Shown piece after piece: positions 10,397 through 18,296 of a stretch of DNA of 20,000 nucleotides. The stretch is from the IMG/VR virus record IMGVR_UViG_2846068587_000001; one strand, given 5' to 3'. Every line of letters starts with the position of its first letter. Positions within the stretch are counted from its first letter, which is position 1. The position numbers were made by a program, and so were the translations under genes. A model generated the notes under the pieces. It did no database searches. It was not told where the DNA came from and saw only the letters and a program-made list of their open reading frames with translations. This DNA comes from an uncultured virus (IMG/VR IMGVR_UViG_2846068587_000001) (Duplodnaviria; Heunggongvirae; Uroviricota; Caudoviricetes).

Positions 10397-13300
10397 GTGG
10401 CGAATTCCCCTCAAGATCTGCGCCCTGAACAGCAACGATACGCTGTCGAGCGGCAGTCGTTGAATATCCAGCAACCGGATGAAGGCCTGGCGCGCTACTG
10501 GGACAGTTATGATCCCCAGAAATACTCCGGGCTTTCTGATGAGTCAGCGGAAAATAGCGGCAATATTTTTTCCGACACCGGTAATCTGCTCCTGAGTGGT
10601 GTGGCCTCTACGGCAGCCAGCCTGCGGGAAGGGGCAAGAAAGGCGATGCCAAATAGTGTCGTTTCTACTGCCGCGGATCTGCTTGCCCAAGGATTGGGTT
10701 TTGATGAAGAAAAATTTTGGCGAGACAGTCAACAAAAGGCTGTGAGTCGGTTGTCACCGGATATGCAGCAGGCGCGGGACAAGACGTTCTGGGAGAGCGG
10801 CCAGGGCTTTGGGGAGGCCTGGAGTGATCCGCGCAGCTATTTCGCCGGGGCCGTCGAGTCGCTGCCGGGTATGGTGGTGTCCATGGTACCGGCCATGAGG
10901 CTGGCTAAGCTTACCTATAGCGCGAAGGTAGCGCAGGGGGTCGCGGCGGAGCAAGCAGCGAAACAAGCAGCGCGGGTCGCCAGGTTGGCCGGAGCCATCT
11001 CGGAGGGGGTGCAGGCAGGAGGCGCGTCATCCCGTACGGTTAAAGAGACCATTTATACCCTGCCGGATGATGTATTACAGAACTCGGAGGCGGTACAGAA
11101 TATGTTGTCCTCAGGGATGAGCGTGGAGGCGATACGCCGGGCGCTGGCGGAGGATGCCTCGACCAAGGCGTTTCTCATTTCGGGGGTGGCGACGGGAATG
11201 TTCGGCGGCCAAGGCGATACGGTGATCGCCAAAATTATGACCGGTCAGCTCAAACAGGGGGTGATGAGGCGCTTTGCCAAAGGGGCGGTGGCTGAGGGGC
11301 TTTTTGAGGAAGTCCCGCAGTCGGCTCTTAGCCAGATGGCGGAAAACTATGCCTTACAATCCGCCGACCCGCAGCGCCCGCTCTCCGATGAGGTAATGAA
11401 TCAGGCGCTCGGTGGACTGGCCATCGGCGGCGTGATGGGCGGATCGCTGGCGGCGGGGAGTCGCACGGGTAAGTGGCAGGCGCAACACGATACGCAGCAA
11501 GCAAAAAACGATCAGCTGGCGACAGACGATGCCGCAGGGCCAACAGAGGCGCAAGCGCAGGAGGCCTATTCACGCTATCAAACGCAGTTTGCGTCGTTGG
11601 ATCGCGACACGCTGTTACAGCATTACGCCGAGGCCGATCTGTCTGAGGCGCCGGATGCGGCAGAGAAAAAACGCGCGGCCCATGAGCGACTACAGGCGCT
11701 AGAACATGACGAGGAGGTCAAGAAGGCGGCGAAGGCGTTGCGCGGGTTACCTCGAACCGATCTGCTGGCGCAGTACCATACGCTGAATGAAAAGGCGACG
11801 CGCACGGCGACGGAGCAGCTACAGTGGGAGGCGGCCCGTTGGCTTCTGAGGCAGCGGATGGCCGCGGCGACCCCACGGACTTCAACGAGTGCGGCATCGG
11901 GGGATGGGGTGGAACAGGAGAATGCGGCACGGGAGGATTTGCGGACATGGCAGGCCGCCCCCTTATCTGACCAGCATATCCGCGGGGGCCCTGAATCTAT
12001 GAACGAGGCCCGCTGGCTAGGGGCCCCTCCCGATCCTGCTGTGGTGCAAGCGTCATGGCCGGAGGAAAAAACGGTCGAGCTTTCCTCGCAGCCAGCTTAT
12101 CAGCGACGCGATCCACGGATTCAGGGTTTTGCGGAGGATAGCCCGTTACAACAAGTGTTATCTCAGCCTGGGGCACCTTCGGCGATAGAGCTGGTCCAGG
12201 CGCAAATGCAGCGTGGTGAGCAGGGGCTGACGCCTGATGAATGGAGGACGCAATTACAGGCGGAAGAGTCCCGCCAACAGCGAGCGCCCCGGTTACCCGC
12301 GCCGGGAGATATTTCACCGGGAAGGGGATTTCCGCTACCGGGCCCGGTGGCGCAGGTGGACGATAGGCCAGCAGGGTCTGAGCCAGAGTTTTCTGCGGGG
12401 GTTCGCACGGTTTTACGTCCTGGCGAAGCGGACTCACCAGGCACGGCACAGAGGGCTGCGCAATCATCAACAAATCCTGCGTCAACGTCTGAACAGCGTG
12501 CCGTGGTTATGCCCACGTCGATGGAGCCGCAGGCTAGCGGGCAGCCTCCGTCTGTGGTACCGCCGGACGATAAGGGGGCTCGCGTCGAGCGGGATATCCC
12601 GGCATCGACCGAGATCGCGCCGGAGCCACGCCAGAAGACGTTTTATTCACACCAGCCCGATCGTCCGAACGGTAGCTTATCTTTTGAGCGCGTGTCGCAG
12701 ATTGTCCAAGATTTTGAACAGGAGTATAAGGGTAATATCCCTATAGAGATTAGGGTTTACCGGCGTCAGGAGGATGCATATGGACCACAAGCCACCAGAG
12801 AAAACGTTGGACGTATTGCCGGAGCCTTCCACGGAGGGGCAGGACGAAGGGCAGTATCTCGATATCCCGATGCGAGTAACGCGCTTCGAACCGCCGCCGG
12901 CACCCTCCACGGAGGGAGAGGGCAAGTATCTGGAGATCCCCGAACTGATAACGTTACGCGACCCTCCTTTGTCTTGGTCAACGCCGCCAGCATCCGAGAC
13001 GAAGCCGATGCAAGACGTACCCTGCGACACGAAATCCTCGGCCACTTCGGCCTCAATACCTTTACGCCAGCGGATAAAAGACAGATTTTGGACGCGATTA
13101 TGGCGGCGCAAGGAGAAAAAGAACTAAGCACGTTGTGGAATGAGGTCAGACGTGGCTACTCCCATAAGTCTCAGTCTATCCAGGCTGAAGAGGTGTTTGC
13201 CTTAGCCGCCGAGCAGGAGCGAAAGGAGCGCGGCGTCCGTTCTGGGCGGCGTGTTATCCCAGCTCGCGTATTACATCTTGTGCAGAAGGGATTACGCCGC

Positions 13301-16300
13301 ATCGGACTGGTCACGGGAGGCATGAGGCTTGGCGAACTGTATGATGCCGTGGATGCAATTTCTGAAGGTATTCGACATGGTCATCGTCAGCAACAGATCT
13401 TCCCGGTGGATGATCATGCGCAGTTTAAGCGGGAGGAGGCTGACGTTGCCGACGGGCGTACGCTGCCGCATCCGGCTCAGCGCCCGCCTTGGCCAGACGA
13501 TTTCCCCGATGTGGTGCTCCATGCCCGGCTGGGGGGCGCGACGGGCCATCCTGACTACACGGCGGCCAAAAACGGGGATAAAGACGCTGCTTACAGGTTG
13601 GTTGCTGATGTGCTTAATAAGGCTGCCATCGACGATATCAGGAGTATCATCGGTAACCACCGCGTAGTGTTGACCGCCGTTCATGCCGAAGAGGCGAGCG
13701 GACGTAATAAAATTCCGTTGGCGATGGCTGAGGTATTGGGAAAAGTTCTGCATCAAGAGGTCGATAGCGGCATCGTGCAGACTGTGCGAGTGGGGCGCAG
13801 CGGAATGGATGGTTTTGCTCGCCTAGCCAATCAACCCAGTTTCGCCGGAGAGGTGCGCCGCGATGCGCACTATTTCATCCTGGACGATACCCTGACGCAA
13901 GGGGGCACCTTGGCCGGATTGCGGGGGTATATCGAGGCGCAGGGGGGCCAGGTGATCGGCGCCTCGGCGTTGACGGGTAAAATGTATTCAGCAAAAATGG
14001 CGTTATCGGCATCGACATTGTCGCGCCTGCGCGTCCATTTTGGAGGGAGCAACCTTGAAGCGTGGTGGAAACAACAATTTGGCTACGGTTTCGACGGACT
14101 CACCGAGTCCGAAGCCCAGTACCTCCTTCGTGCCGGGGACGCTGACGCCATCCGAGATCGCCTCCTTGCAGCGCGACAAACGGGAGGCTCACCAGTATTA
14201 CCAGAAACTACTGGAGACGGTAGACCTCTCCCACCTGATGTAACCAACCGCTCTGCGCAAAACGCCTCCCAACACGGAGGCGTTTCTGTTTTAGGCGAGG
14301 ATAACCGGCTGACGGAGACGGGACACAGCCCAGAAGTCGCCAGCGGGAATAACCCGATCCCACAGATTAATGCCGTCGTGCGGGGCGTCCTGCGCAAGCT
14401 GAATGCGCCATCGCTGCATGTGCGGGTCGTGCAGACGCAGAAAGAGGCCGAGCCCTTGGCCGGTGAACCGCTGGAGCAATACGGCAAGGTTCACGCCTTC
14501 TACCGCCCACAGTCGCGGGAAATCGTACTGATTGCCGATAACCTCCCTACGCCGCGCATGGTGCGGGAAAAACTGCGCCATGAAGTGATCCATCACGCCT
14601 TAGAGCAGGTGATCACGCCCGAGGAGTACCAACGCATCATTGACCGGGTGATGGAGACCCGAGCGAGCCGAGATGCGGTGATCCAACAGATTTGGCGCCG
14701 AATCGATGCCGCCTATGGACAGGAGTCGGTCGCGGTACAGGCCGGGGAGTTTCTGGCCCACATGGCAGAAAAACAGATGCCGGGCCGCTTTAGCGCGTTA
14801 TGGGATCGGGTCGTCTCACTGATCAAAACGCTCCTCAACCGCATCGGGCTGCTGCCTACGGTCGATGCCGAGAATCGCATCTATCTACGAGATACCTTAC
14901 GCACCTTGGGTCAGCGGCTACGCCAGGGGTATCGACCGACCGGCTCCGCCACATCAGCCGATGTCCCCAACGCGAAGGCGTCTACACCGCAAGAGCCCCT
15001 CAATCCGCTGGCTGACGATGTGCGCAATAATCAGTCCCGTTACTCGCGTGAGGGCAGCGCCCTTGAGCAAACGATACGGCGTAAAATGGGACTCGAACCT
15101 GAACATGGCTGGGGCGATAAGGCGCACGATTTCTACCGTGATTGGAAGGCCCAGAGTCCATCGGCGCGTCGGGCATGGCTGCGTGATCTGGGACGGCGCT
15201 TAAATACCGCCACCTTTGATGGCCTGGCACCGATCAAATATGCCGAAGCGAGCCAAGGCAACGTGGAGGCGGCCCGTTCGGCCTATATCGCCGCGCGCCT
15301 GGCCGCCGGCGCCAATACGGTGATGGCGGCGACGCTGGAGCATGGCCTACCTGTCTACAATCCGCAGAGTGGCGTCATTGAGCGCAAGGCGGGCAGCGGC
15401 AAATCGGATGCCTTGCTGGGGATCTTGGATGCGCTGGGGAAACACCGCGAGGACTTCTTTATTTGGATTGCCGGGCATCGCTCCGAACGCCTGATGCAAG
15501 AGGGGCGAGAGAAGCTGTTCAGCGCCGATGAAATTCGCCATATGAAGGCACGGGATCGCGGCAAGGAGACGCTCTTTGCCCAGCAGAAGGTAAAGTATGA
15601 CGCGCTGGTCAAATCCCTATTGGATTTACAGCAGGCCACCGGACTTATCGATCCCGAGCGCCGAGCCGTGTGGGAGGATGCCTGGTACTTACCTTACTTT
15701 CGCCAGACCGAGGATGGCGGAGTATTGGGGCCTTGGTCTACCCGCGGGATCGCCAACCAGCGCAGCACCGTACGGCGTCTGAAAGGGGGTGAGCAGGCGA
15801 TCAACGATCCGGTCGAGAATCTGGTGAATTACGTGGCGCGCGCCATCGATGCGGCGATGAAGAATGAGGCGATGCGCCGGATGGTGGTCAATCTGGCGGA
15901 TAGCGGCGTAATTGCGGTGATCGAGAAACCCAATCGTATCGACTATCAGCGCCTAGGTAAGCGCCAGGGCGTGGCCAAAGTCTATCTGGAGGGCGAGGAG
16001 CAACTGGTCGAGGTGAGCGATCCGGCGTTATTCCGCGCCATCACCATGATGGATATGGAGCGCAGCAATGCCTTGTTTATGCGTGCCGCGCGTCAGGCTA
16101 AACGCATTCTGACCATCGGCACCACCAGCATGCCCGATTTTATCATCCGCAACTTTATGCGCGACTCGTTGCATTCCTGGGCCATCAATCCGGATGGGGT
16201 CCGCGCCGTCACCAGCGCCTGGGCCGGGCTGAAAAAAGCCTACCGCCAGGATGATACGCTGATCGAGATGATGTTCGCCGGTGCCACCTTTGGCGGCGGC

Positions 16301-17635
16301 TATGCCAACGCCTATGATCCGGCCAGCACCGCACAGAGTCTGCGCGCTATCCTGCGGCGCAAGGGGTACAGCGACAGCCAAGCGCGCCAGTTCGAATCCA
16401 CTATTCTCCGCGATGGGCAGGACGTATTACGCCGATTAGGTGGCGTCTGGTCGCGCTATCGCCACCTGAGCGAGGCGGCGGAGAATGCTAACCGCGTCGC
16501 GACGTATCAGGCGGCGTTAAAGGCGGGTAAGGGCAGAGCTCAGGCGGCCTATGAGGCGCGCGATTTGATGGACTTCAGTATGCAGGGGGCGGCGAAGAGC
16601 ATGATCGTCCTGACGGACATGTTGCCCTTCTTCAATGCCCGTATGCAGGGGCTGGGCAAGTTGGCGCGTGCGGTAAAAGCCGATCCACAGGCGGTATTGA
16701 AGCGGGGCGGCCTGATCGCCGCCGCCTCCGTGGCGCTGTTGGCGGCCAACTGGGATGACGATCGTTATGAGGCATTGCCGGATTGGGATAAGGATATCTA
16801 CTGGCATTTCTTCATCGGCGATCAGCACTTCCGTCTGCCGAAGCCGTTTGAGATTGGGCTGATGTTCGCGACGCTACCGGAGCGGATGATCCGCGCCATC
16901 GGCGGGCAAGAGAGCGGGAAAAAATTCGCCAAACTGGTGGCGCACAATTTCATGGAGCAGCTGGCGTTTAATCCCATTCCCCAGATCGCACTGCCGCTGG
17001 CCGAGAACCTGGTGAACTATGACTTTTTTAGCGGAAATCCCATCGAGGGAATGGCCGATGCCAATCTGCTCTCTGGCGCCCGCTATGATCAGCGCACCAG
17101 CCTGCTGGCCCGCCAGATCGGCGAGCAGTTGGGTTGGTCACCGAAGAAGATTGACCACCTGATCACCGGCTATACCGGCACCCTGGGCGCCTATGTGCTC
17201 GGGGCGATGGATATCGTGCTGCGCGGCATGGGGGATTACGGCGAACGCCCGGCGCTGCGCGTCGATGAGCTGCCGGTGATCAAGTCGTTCCTGCGCGGAT
17301 CGGCTGCGCCGAAATCAACCCAGTACAGCGACGATTTCTACCGCATGATGCAGCAGGCCAACCAGGTTTATGGCACGGTGCAGCGCTGGAAACGGGAGCG
17401 CCGGCTACAGGATAGCCGTGCGCTACAACGGGAGCAGCGCCACATCTTAGCCAGCCGGCCACGGCTTAACCGGACGCAGCAGCAGGTACGCCAGCTAAAC
17501 AGCCAGATCCAGATGATACAGCTGCACACCCGCCTCAGCGCCGAGGAGAAACGCCAGCGCATCGACAAGCTACTGGCGCGCCGCAACCACATCGTCCAGC
17601 AGGCGGTGAAGCGGATGAATCGGTGGTTTGAGTAG
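10397..17635 (+). CDS. Large polyvalent virion/ejection protein (zincin-like domain, phosphoribosyltransferase, second zincin-like domain, LPD38-like C-terminus)
   Basis: 2412 aa with SD GGAGG. Motifs: 'RHEILGH' (about 13028-13045), PRPP-binding loop 'FILDDTLTQGGTL' (about 13874-13912), 'RHEVIHH' (about 14579-14596), and LPD38-like 'DDDRYEALPDWDKDIYWHF...FRLPKPFEIG'. The N-terminal region is Gly/Ala-rich and membrane-interacting-like. Confidence 0.85.
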   Translation: MANSPQDLRPEQQRYAVERQSLNIQQPDEGLARYWDSYDPQKYSGLSDESAENSGNIFSDTGNLLLSGVASTAASLREGARKAMPNSVVSTAADLLAQGLGFDEEKFWRDSQQKAVSRLSPDMQQARDKTFWESGQGFGEAWSDPRSYFAGAVESLPGMVVSMVPAMRLAKLTYSAKVAQGVAAEQAAKQAARVARLAGAISEGVQAGGASSRTVKETIYTLPDDVLQNSEAVQNMLSSGMSVEAIRRALAEDASTKAFLISGVATGMFGGQGDTVIAKIMTGQLKQGVMRRFAKGAVAEGLFEEVPQSALSQMAENYALQSADPQRPLSDEVMNQALGGLAIGGVMGGSLAAGSRTGKWQAQHDTQQAKNDQLATDDAAGPTEAQAQEAYSRYQTQFASLDRDTLLQHYAEADLSEAPDAAEKKRAAHERLQALEHDEEVKKAAKALRGLPRTDLLAQYHTLNEKATRTATEQLQWEAARWLLRQRMAAATPRTSTSAASGDGVEQENAAREDLRTWQAAPLSDQHIRGGPESMNEARWLGAPPDPAVVQASWPEEKTVELSSQPAYQRRDPRIQGFAEDSPLQQVLSQPGAPSAIELVQAQMQRGEQGLTPDEWRTQLQAEESRQQRAPRLPAPGDISPGRGFPLPGPVAQVDDRPAGSEPEFSAGVRTVLRPGEADSPGTAQRAAQSSTNPASTSEQRAVVMPTSMEPQASGQPPSVVPPDDKGARVERDIPASTEIAPEPRQKTFYSHQPDRPNGSLSFERVSQIVQDFEQEYKGNIPIEIRVYRRQEDAYGPQATRENVGRIAGAFHGGAGRRAVSRYPDASNALRTAAGTLHGGRGQVSGDPRTDNVTRPSFVLVNAASIRDEADARRTLRHEILGHFGLNTFTPADKRQILDAIMAAQGEKELSTLWNEVRRGYSHKSQSIQAEEVFALAAEQERKERGVRSGRRVIPARVLHLVQKGLRRIGLVTGGMRLGELYDAVDAISEGIRHGHRQQQIFPVDDHAQFKREEADVADGRTLPHPAQRPPWPDDFPDVVLHARLGGATGHPDYTAAKNGDKDAAYRLVADVLNKAAIDDIRSIIGNHRVVLTAVHAEEASGRNKIPLAMAEVLGKVLHQEVDSGIVQTVRVGRSGMDGFARLANQPSFAGEVRRDAHYFILDDTLTQGGTLAGLRGYIEAQGGQVIGASALTGKMYSAKMALSASTLSRLRVHFGGSNLEAWWKQQFGYGFDGLTESEAQYLLRAGDADAIRDRLLAARQTGGSPVLPETTGDGRPLPPDVTNRSAQNASQHGGVSVLGEDNRLTETGHSPEVASGNNPIPQINAVVRGVLRKLNAPSLHVRVVQTQKEAEPLAGEPLEQYGKVHAFYRPQSREIVLIADNLPTPRMVREKLRHEVIHHALEQVITPEEYQRIIDRVMETRASRDAVIQQIWRRIDAAYGQESVAVQAGEFLAHMAEKQMPGRFSALWDRVVSLIKTLLNRIGLLPTVDAENRIYLRDTLRTLGQRLRQGYRPTGSATSADVPNAKASTPQEPLNPLADDVRNNQSRYSREGSALEQTIRRKMGLEPEHGWGDKAHDFYRDWKAQSPSARRAWLRDLGRRLNTATFDGLAPIKYAEASQGNVEAARSAYIAARLAAGANTVMAATLEHGLPVYNPQSGVIERKAGSGKSDALLGILDALGKHREDFFIWIAGHRSERLMQEGREKLFSADEIRHMKARDRGKETLFAQQKVKYDALVKSLLDLQQATGLIDPERRAVWEDAWYLPYFRQTEDGGVLGPWSTRGIANQRSTVRRLKGGEQAINDPVENLVNYVARAIDAAMKNEAMRRMVVNLADSGVIAVIEKPNRIDYQRLGKRQGVAKVYLEGEEQLVEVSDPALFRAITMMDMERSNALFMRAARQAKRILTIGTTSMPDFIIRNFMRDSLHSWAINPDGVRAVTSAWAGLKKAYRQDDTLIEMMFAGATFGGGYANAYDPASTAQSLRAILRRKGYSDSQARQFESTILRDGQDVLRRLGGVWSRYRHLSEAAENANRVATYQAALKAGKGRAQAAYEARDLMDFSMQGAAKSMIVLTDMLPFFNARMQGLGKLARAVKADPQAVLKRGGLIAAASVALLAANWDDDRYEALPDWDKDIYWHFFIGDQHFRLPKPFEIGLMFATLPERMIRAIGGQESGKKFAKLVAHNFMEQLAFNPIPQIALPLAENLVNYDFFSGNPIEGMADANLLSGARYDQRTSLLARQIGEQLGWSPKKIDHLITGYTGTLGAYVLGAMDIVLRGMGDYGERPALRVDELPVIKSFLRGSAAPKSTQYSDDFYRMMQQANQVYGTVQRWKRERRLQDSRALQREQRHILASRPRLNRTQQQVRQLNSQIQMIQLHTRLSAEEKRQRIDKLLARRNHIVQQAVKRMNRWFE
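12780..13127 (+). CDS. Putative nested (+1 frame) 115-aa protein within the giant gene
   Basis: SD AGGAGG (12768-12773) is 6 nt before ATG 12780. An internal duplication has changes mostly synonymous in this frame. Candidate promoter TTGTCC-17-TATAAG at 12702-12730. Confidence 0.55.
   Translation: MDHKPPEKTLDVLPEPSTEGQDEGQYLDIPMRVTRFEPPPAPSTEGEGKYLEIPELITLRDPPLSWSTPPASETKPMQDVPCDTKSSATSASIPLRQRIKDRFWTRLWRRKEKKN
14055..14243 (+). CDS. Putative nested (+1 frame) 62-aa protein overlapping the end of the PRTase domain
   Basis: SD GGAGGGAG (14042-14049) precedes TTG 14055. Helical-looking 'LTPSEIASLQRDKREAHQYYQKLL'. A terminator hairpin begins 17 nt after the stop. Confidence 0.55.
   Translation: MKRGGNNNLATVSTDSPSPKPSTSFVPGTLTPSEIASLQRDKREAHQYYQKLLETVDLSHLM
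14260..14292 (+). terminator. Intragenic intrinsic terminator inside the giant gene
   Basis: Perfect 10-bp stem AAACGCCTCC-caacac-GGAGGCGTTT followed by CTGTTTT. Confidence 0.65.
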
Positions 17636-17667
17636 GAATAGTCTGGTTTTTGATTCAAAATCAAAGA

Positions 17668-17693
17668 ATAAAACCCGCAGTAGCGGGTTTTAT
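17668..17693. terminator. Bidirectional intrinsic terminator between the late operon and the convergent cargo cassette
   Basis: ATAAAACCCGC-agta-GCGGGTTTTAT, with A and T tracts on both sides. Confidence 0.88.
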
Positions 17694-17706
17694 GGTGCTT
17701 CTAGAC

Positions 17707-17850
17707 TTATTTTTTAGTCGTGCAGTTGCATAGCGGAATAGGGAAAGGTTTCCCTTTTTTGGCGTGTCGAACAACCCCATCTACACATGTAGTGTAGCGG
17801 AATATGATCTCACAGGAGCTTCCACATTTGCGACAGGTTCCCATTGCCAT
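17707..17850 (-). CDS. 47-aa Cys-rich microprotein (not in the ORF track)
   Basis: Manual translation: MAMGTCRKCGSSCEIIFRYTTCVDGVVRHAKKGKPFPIPLCNCTTKK*. Purine-rich SD-like AGGGA upstream; ends just before the terminator; shares a motif with the 46-aa neighbour. Confidence 0.75.
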   Translation of the reverse strand: MAMGTCRKCGSSCEIIFRYTTCVDGVVRHAKKGKPFPIPLCNCTTKK

Positions 17851-17888
17851 AGCGTTGGTTTCCCTGCATACCTGTAAACCCATACAGA

Positions 17889-17917
17889 TTGCGATTTGTT
17901 GGGAGAACCGCTAGACT
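17889..17917 (+). promoter_or_regulatory. Sigma70-type promoter for antisense RNA A
   Basis: TTGCGA-17 nt-TAGACT. Confidence 0.55.
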
Positions 17918-17923
17918 GCAACT

Positions 17924-18027
17924 CGTAGAGGTTGGTTGAGTGTAGCGGTGGGTTTCCTCCATACACACTGGAAAATTTCTCAGATTTTCCAGTCCCTAAG
18001 CCCTGTTACTAGCAGGGCTTTGATTTT
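17924..18027 (+). ncRNA. Putative cis-antisense sRNA A (about 100 nt; ends approximate)
   Basis: Promoter upstream; internal 10-bp hairpin at 17967-17993; terminator AAGCCCTG-ttactag-CAGGGCTT-TGATTTT at 17998-18027. Complementary to the leader of the 47-aa ORF. Confidence 0.5.
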
Positions 18028-18031
18028 CGAG

Positions 18032-18172
18032 TTACGAATAGCGATATTTTGATACTGGAATCTTAATTGGAAAGGCAGTTAGCCCTTTCTGGTATGCAAA
18101 GATTCGTTTGCCCTTCACTGTAATGAAAGGGCGGTAGATCGTGATGTATTCTTCAGCATTCGTAATTGTCAT
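18032..18172 (-). CDS. 46-aa basic microprotein
   Basis: Start reassigned to ATG 18172 (SD AGGT): MTITNAEEYITIYRPFITVKGKRIFAYQKGLTAFPIKIPVSKYRYS*. Confidence 0.75.
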   Translation of the reverse strand: MTITNAEEYITIYRPFITVKGKRIFAYQKGLTAFPIKIPVSKYRYS

Positions 18173-18197
18173 GGTTTTTACCTGATAAGTTTTGCTG

Positions 18198-18225
18198 TTG
18201 ACAAAACCTAAAGCAAGCGTATACT
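18198..18225 (+). promoter_or_regulatory. Near-consensus sigma70 promoter for antisense RNA B
   Basis: TTGACA-16 nt-TATACT. Confidence 0.65.
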
Positions 18226-18231
18226 GCAACC

Positions 18232-18296
18232 GCCAAGTTATTCGTATTCGCTTACGATAGGATAAGCCAGCGACAGCATTACGCTGGCTTTTCGTT
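18232..18296 (+). ncRNA. Putative cis-antisense sRNA B (about 65 nt; ends approximate)
   Basis: Strong promoter upstream; terminator AAGCCAGCG-acagcatta-CGCTGGCTT-TTCGTT at 18264-18296. Complementary to the leader of the 46-aa ORF. Confidence 0.5.

Noticed and set aside
14800..15203. Possible third nested gene after the second zincin domain
   Set aside because: No clear SD, promoter or terminator, and the composition is typical of shadow ORFs in GC-rich DNA.
182..17664. Numerous other alternative-frame and antisense ORFs in the late operon
   Set aside because: These are expected shadows of GC-rich coding sequence, with no independent expression signals seen.
17781..17966. 61-aa minus-strand ORF from the track, and a 50-aa mok-like overlapping ORF at 17810-17962
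   Set aside because: Neither has a convincing SD. Both run through the structured leader and overlap the better-supported 47-aa ORF out of frame.
18173..18229. 19-aa N-terminal extension of the 46-aa microprotein
   Set aside because: The upstream start is a TTG inside a hairpin; ATG 18172 has an SD and gives a size matching the paralogue.
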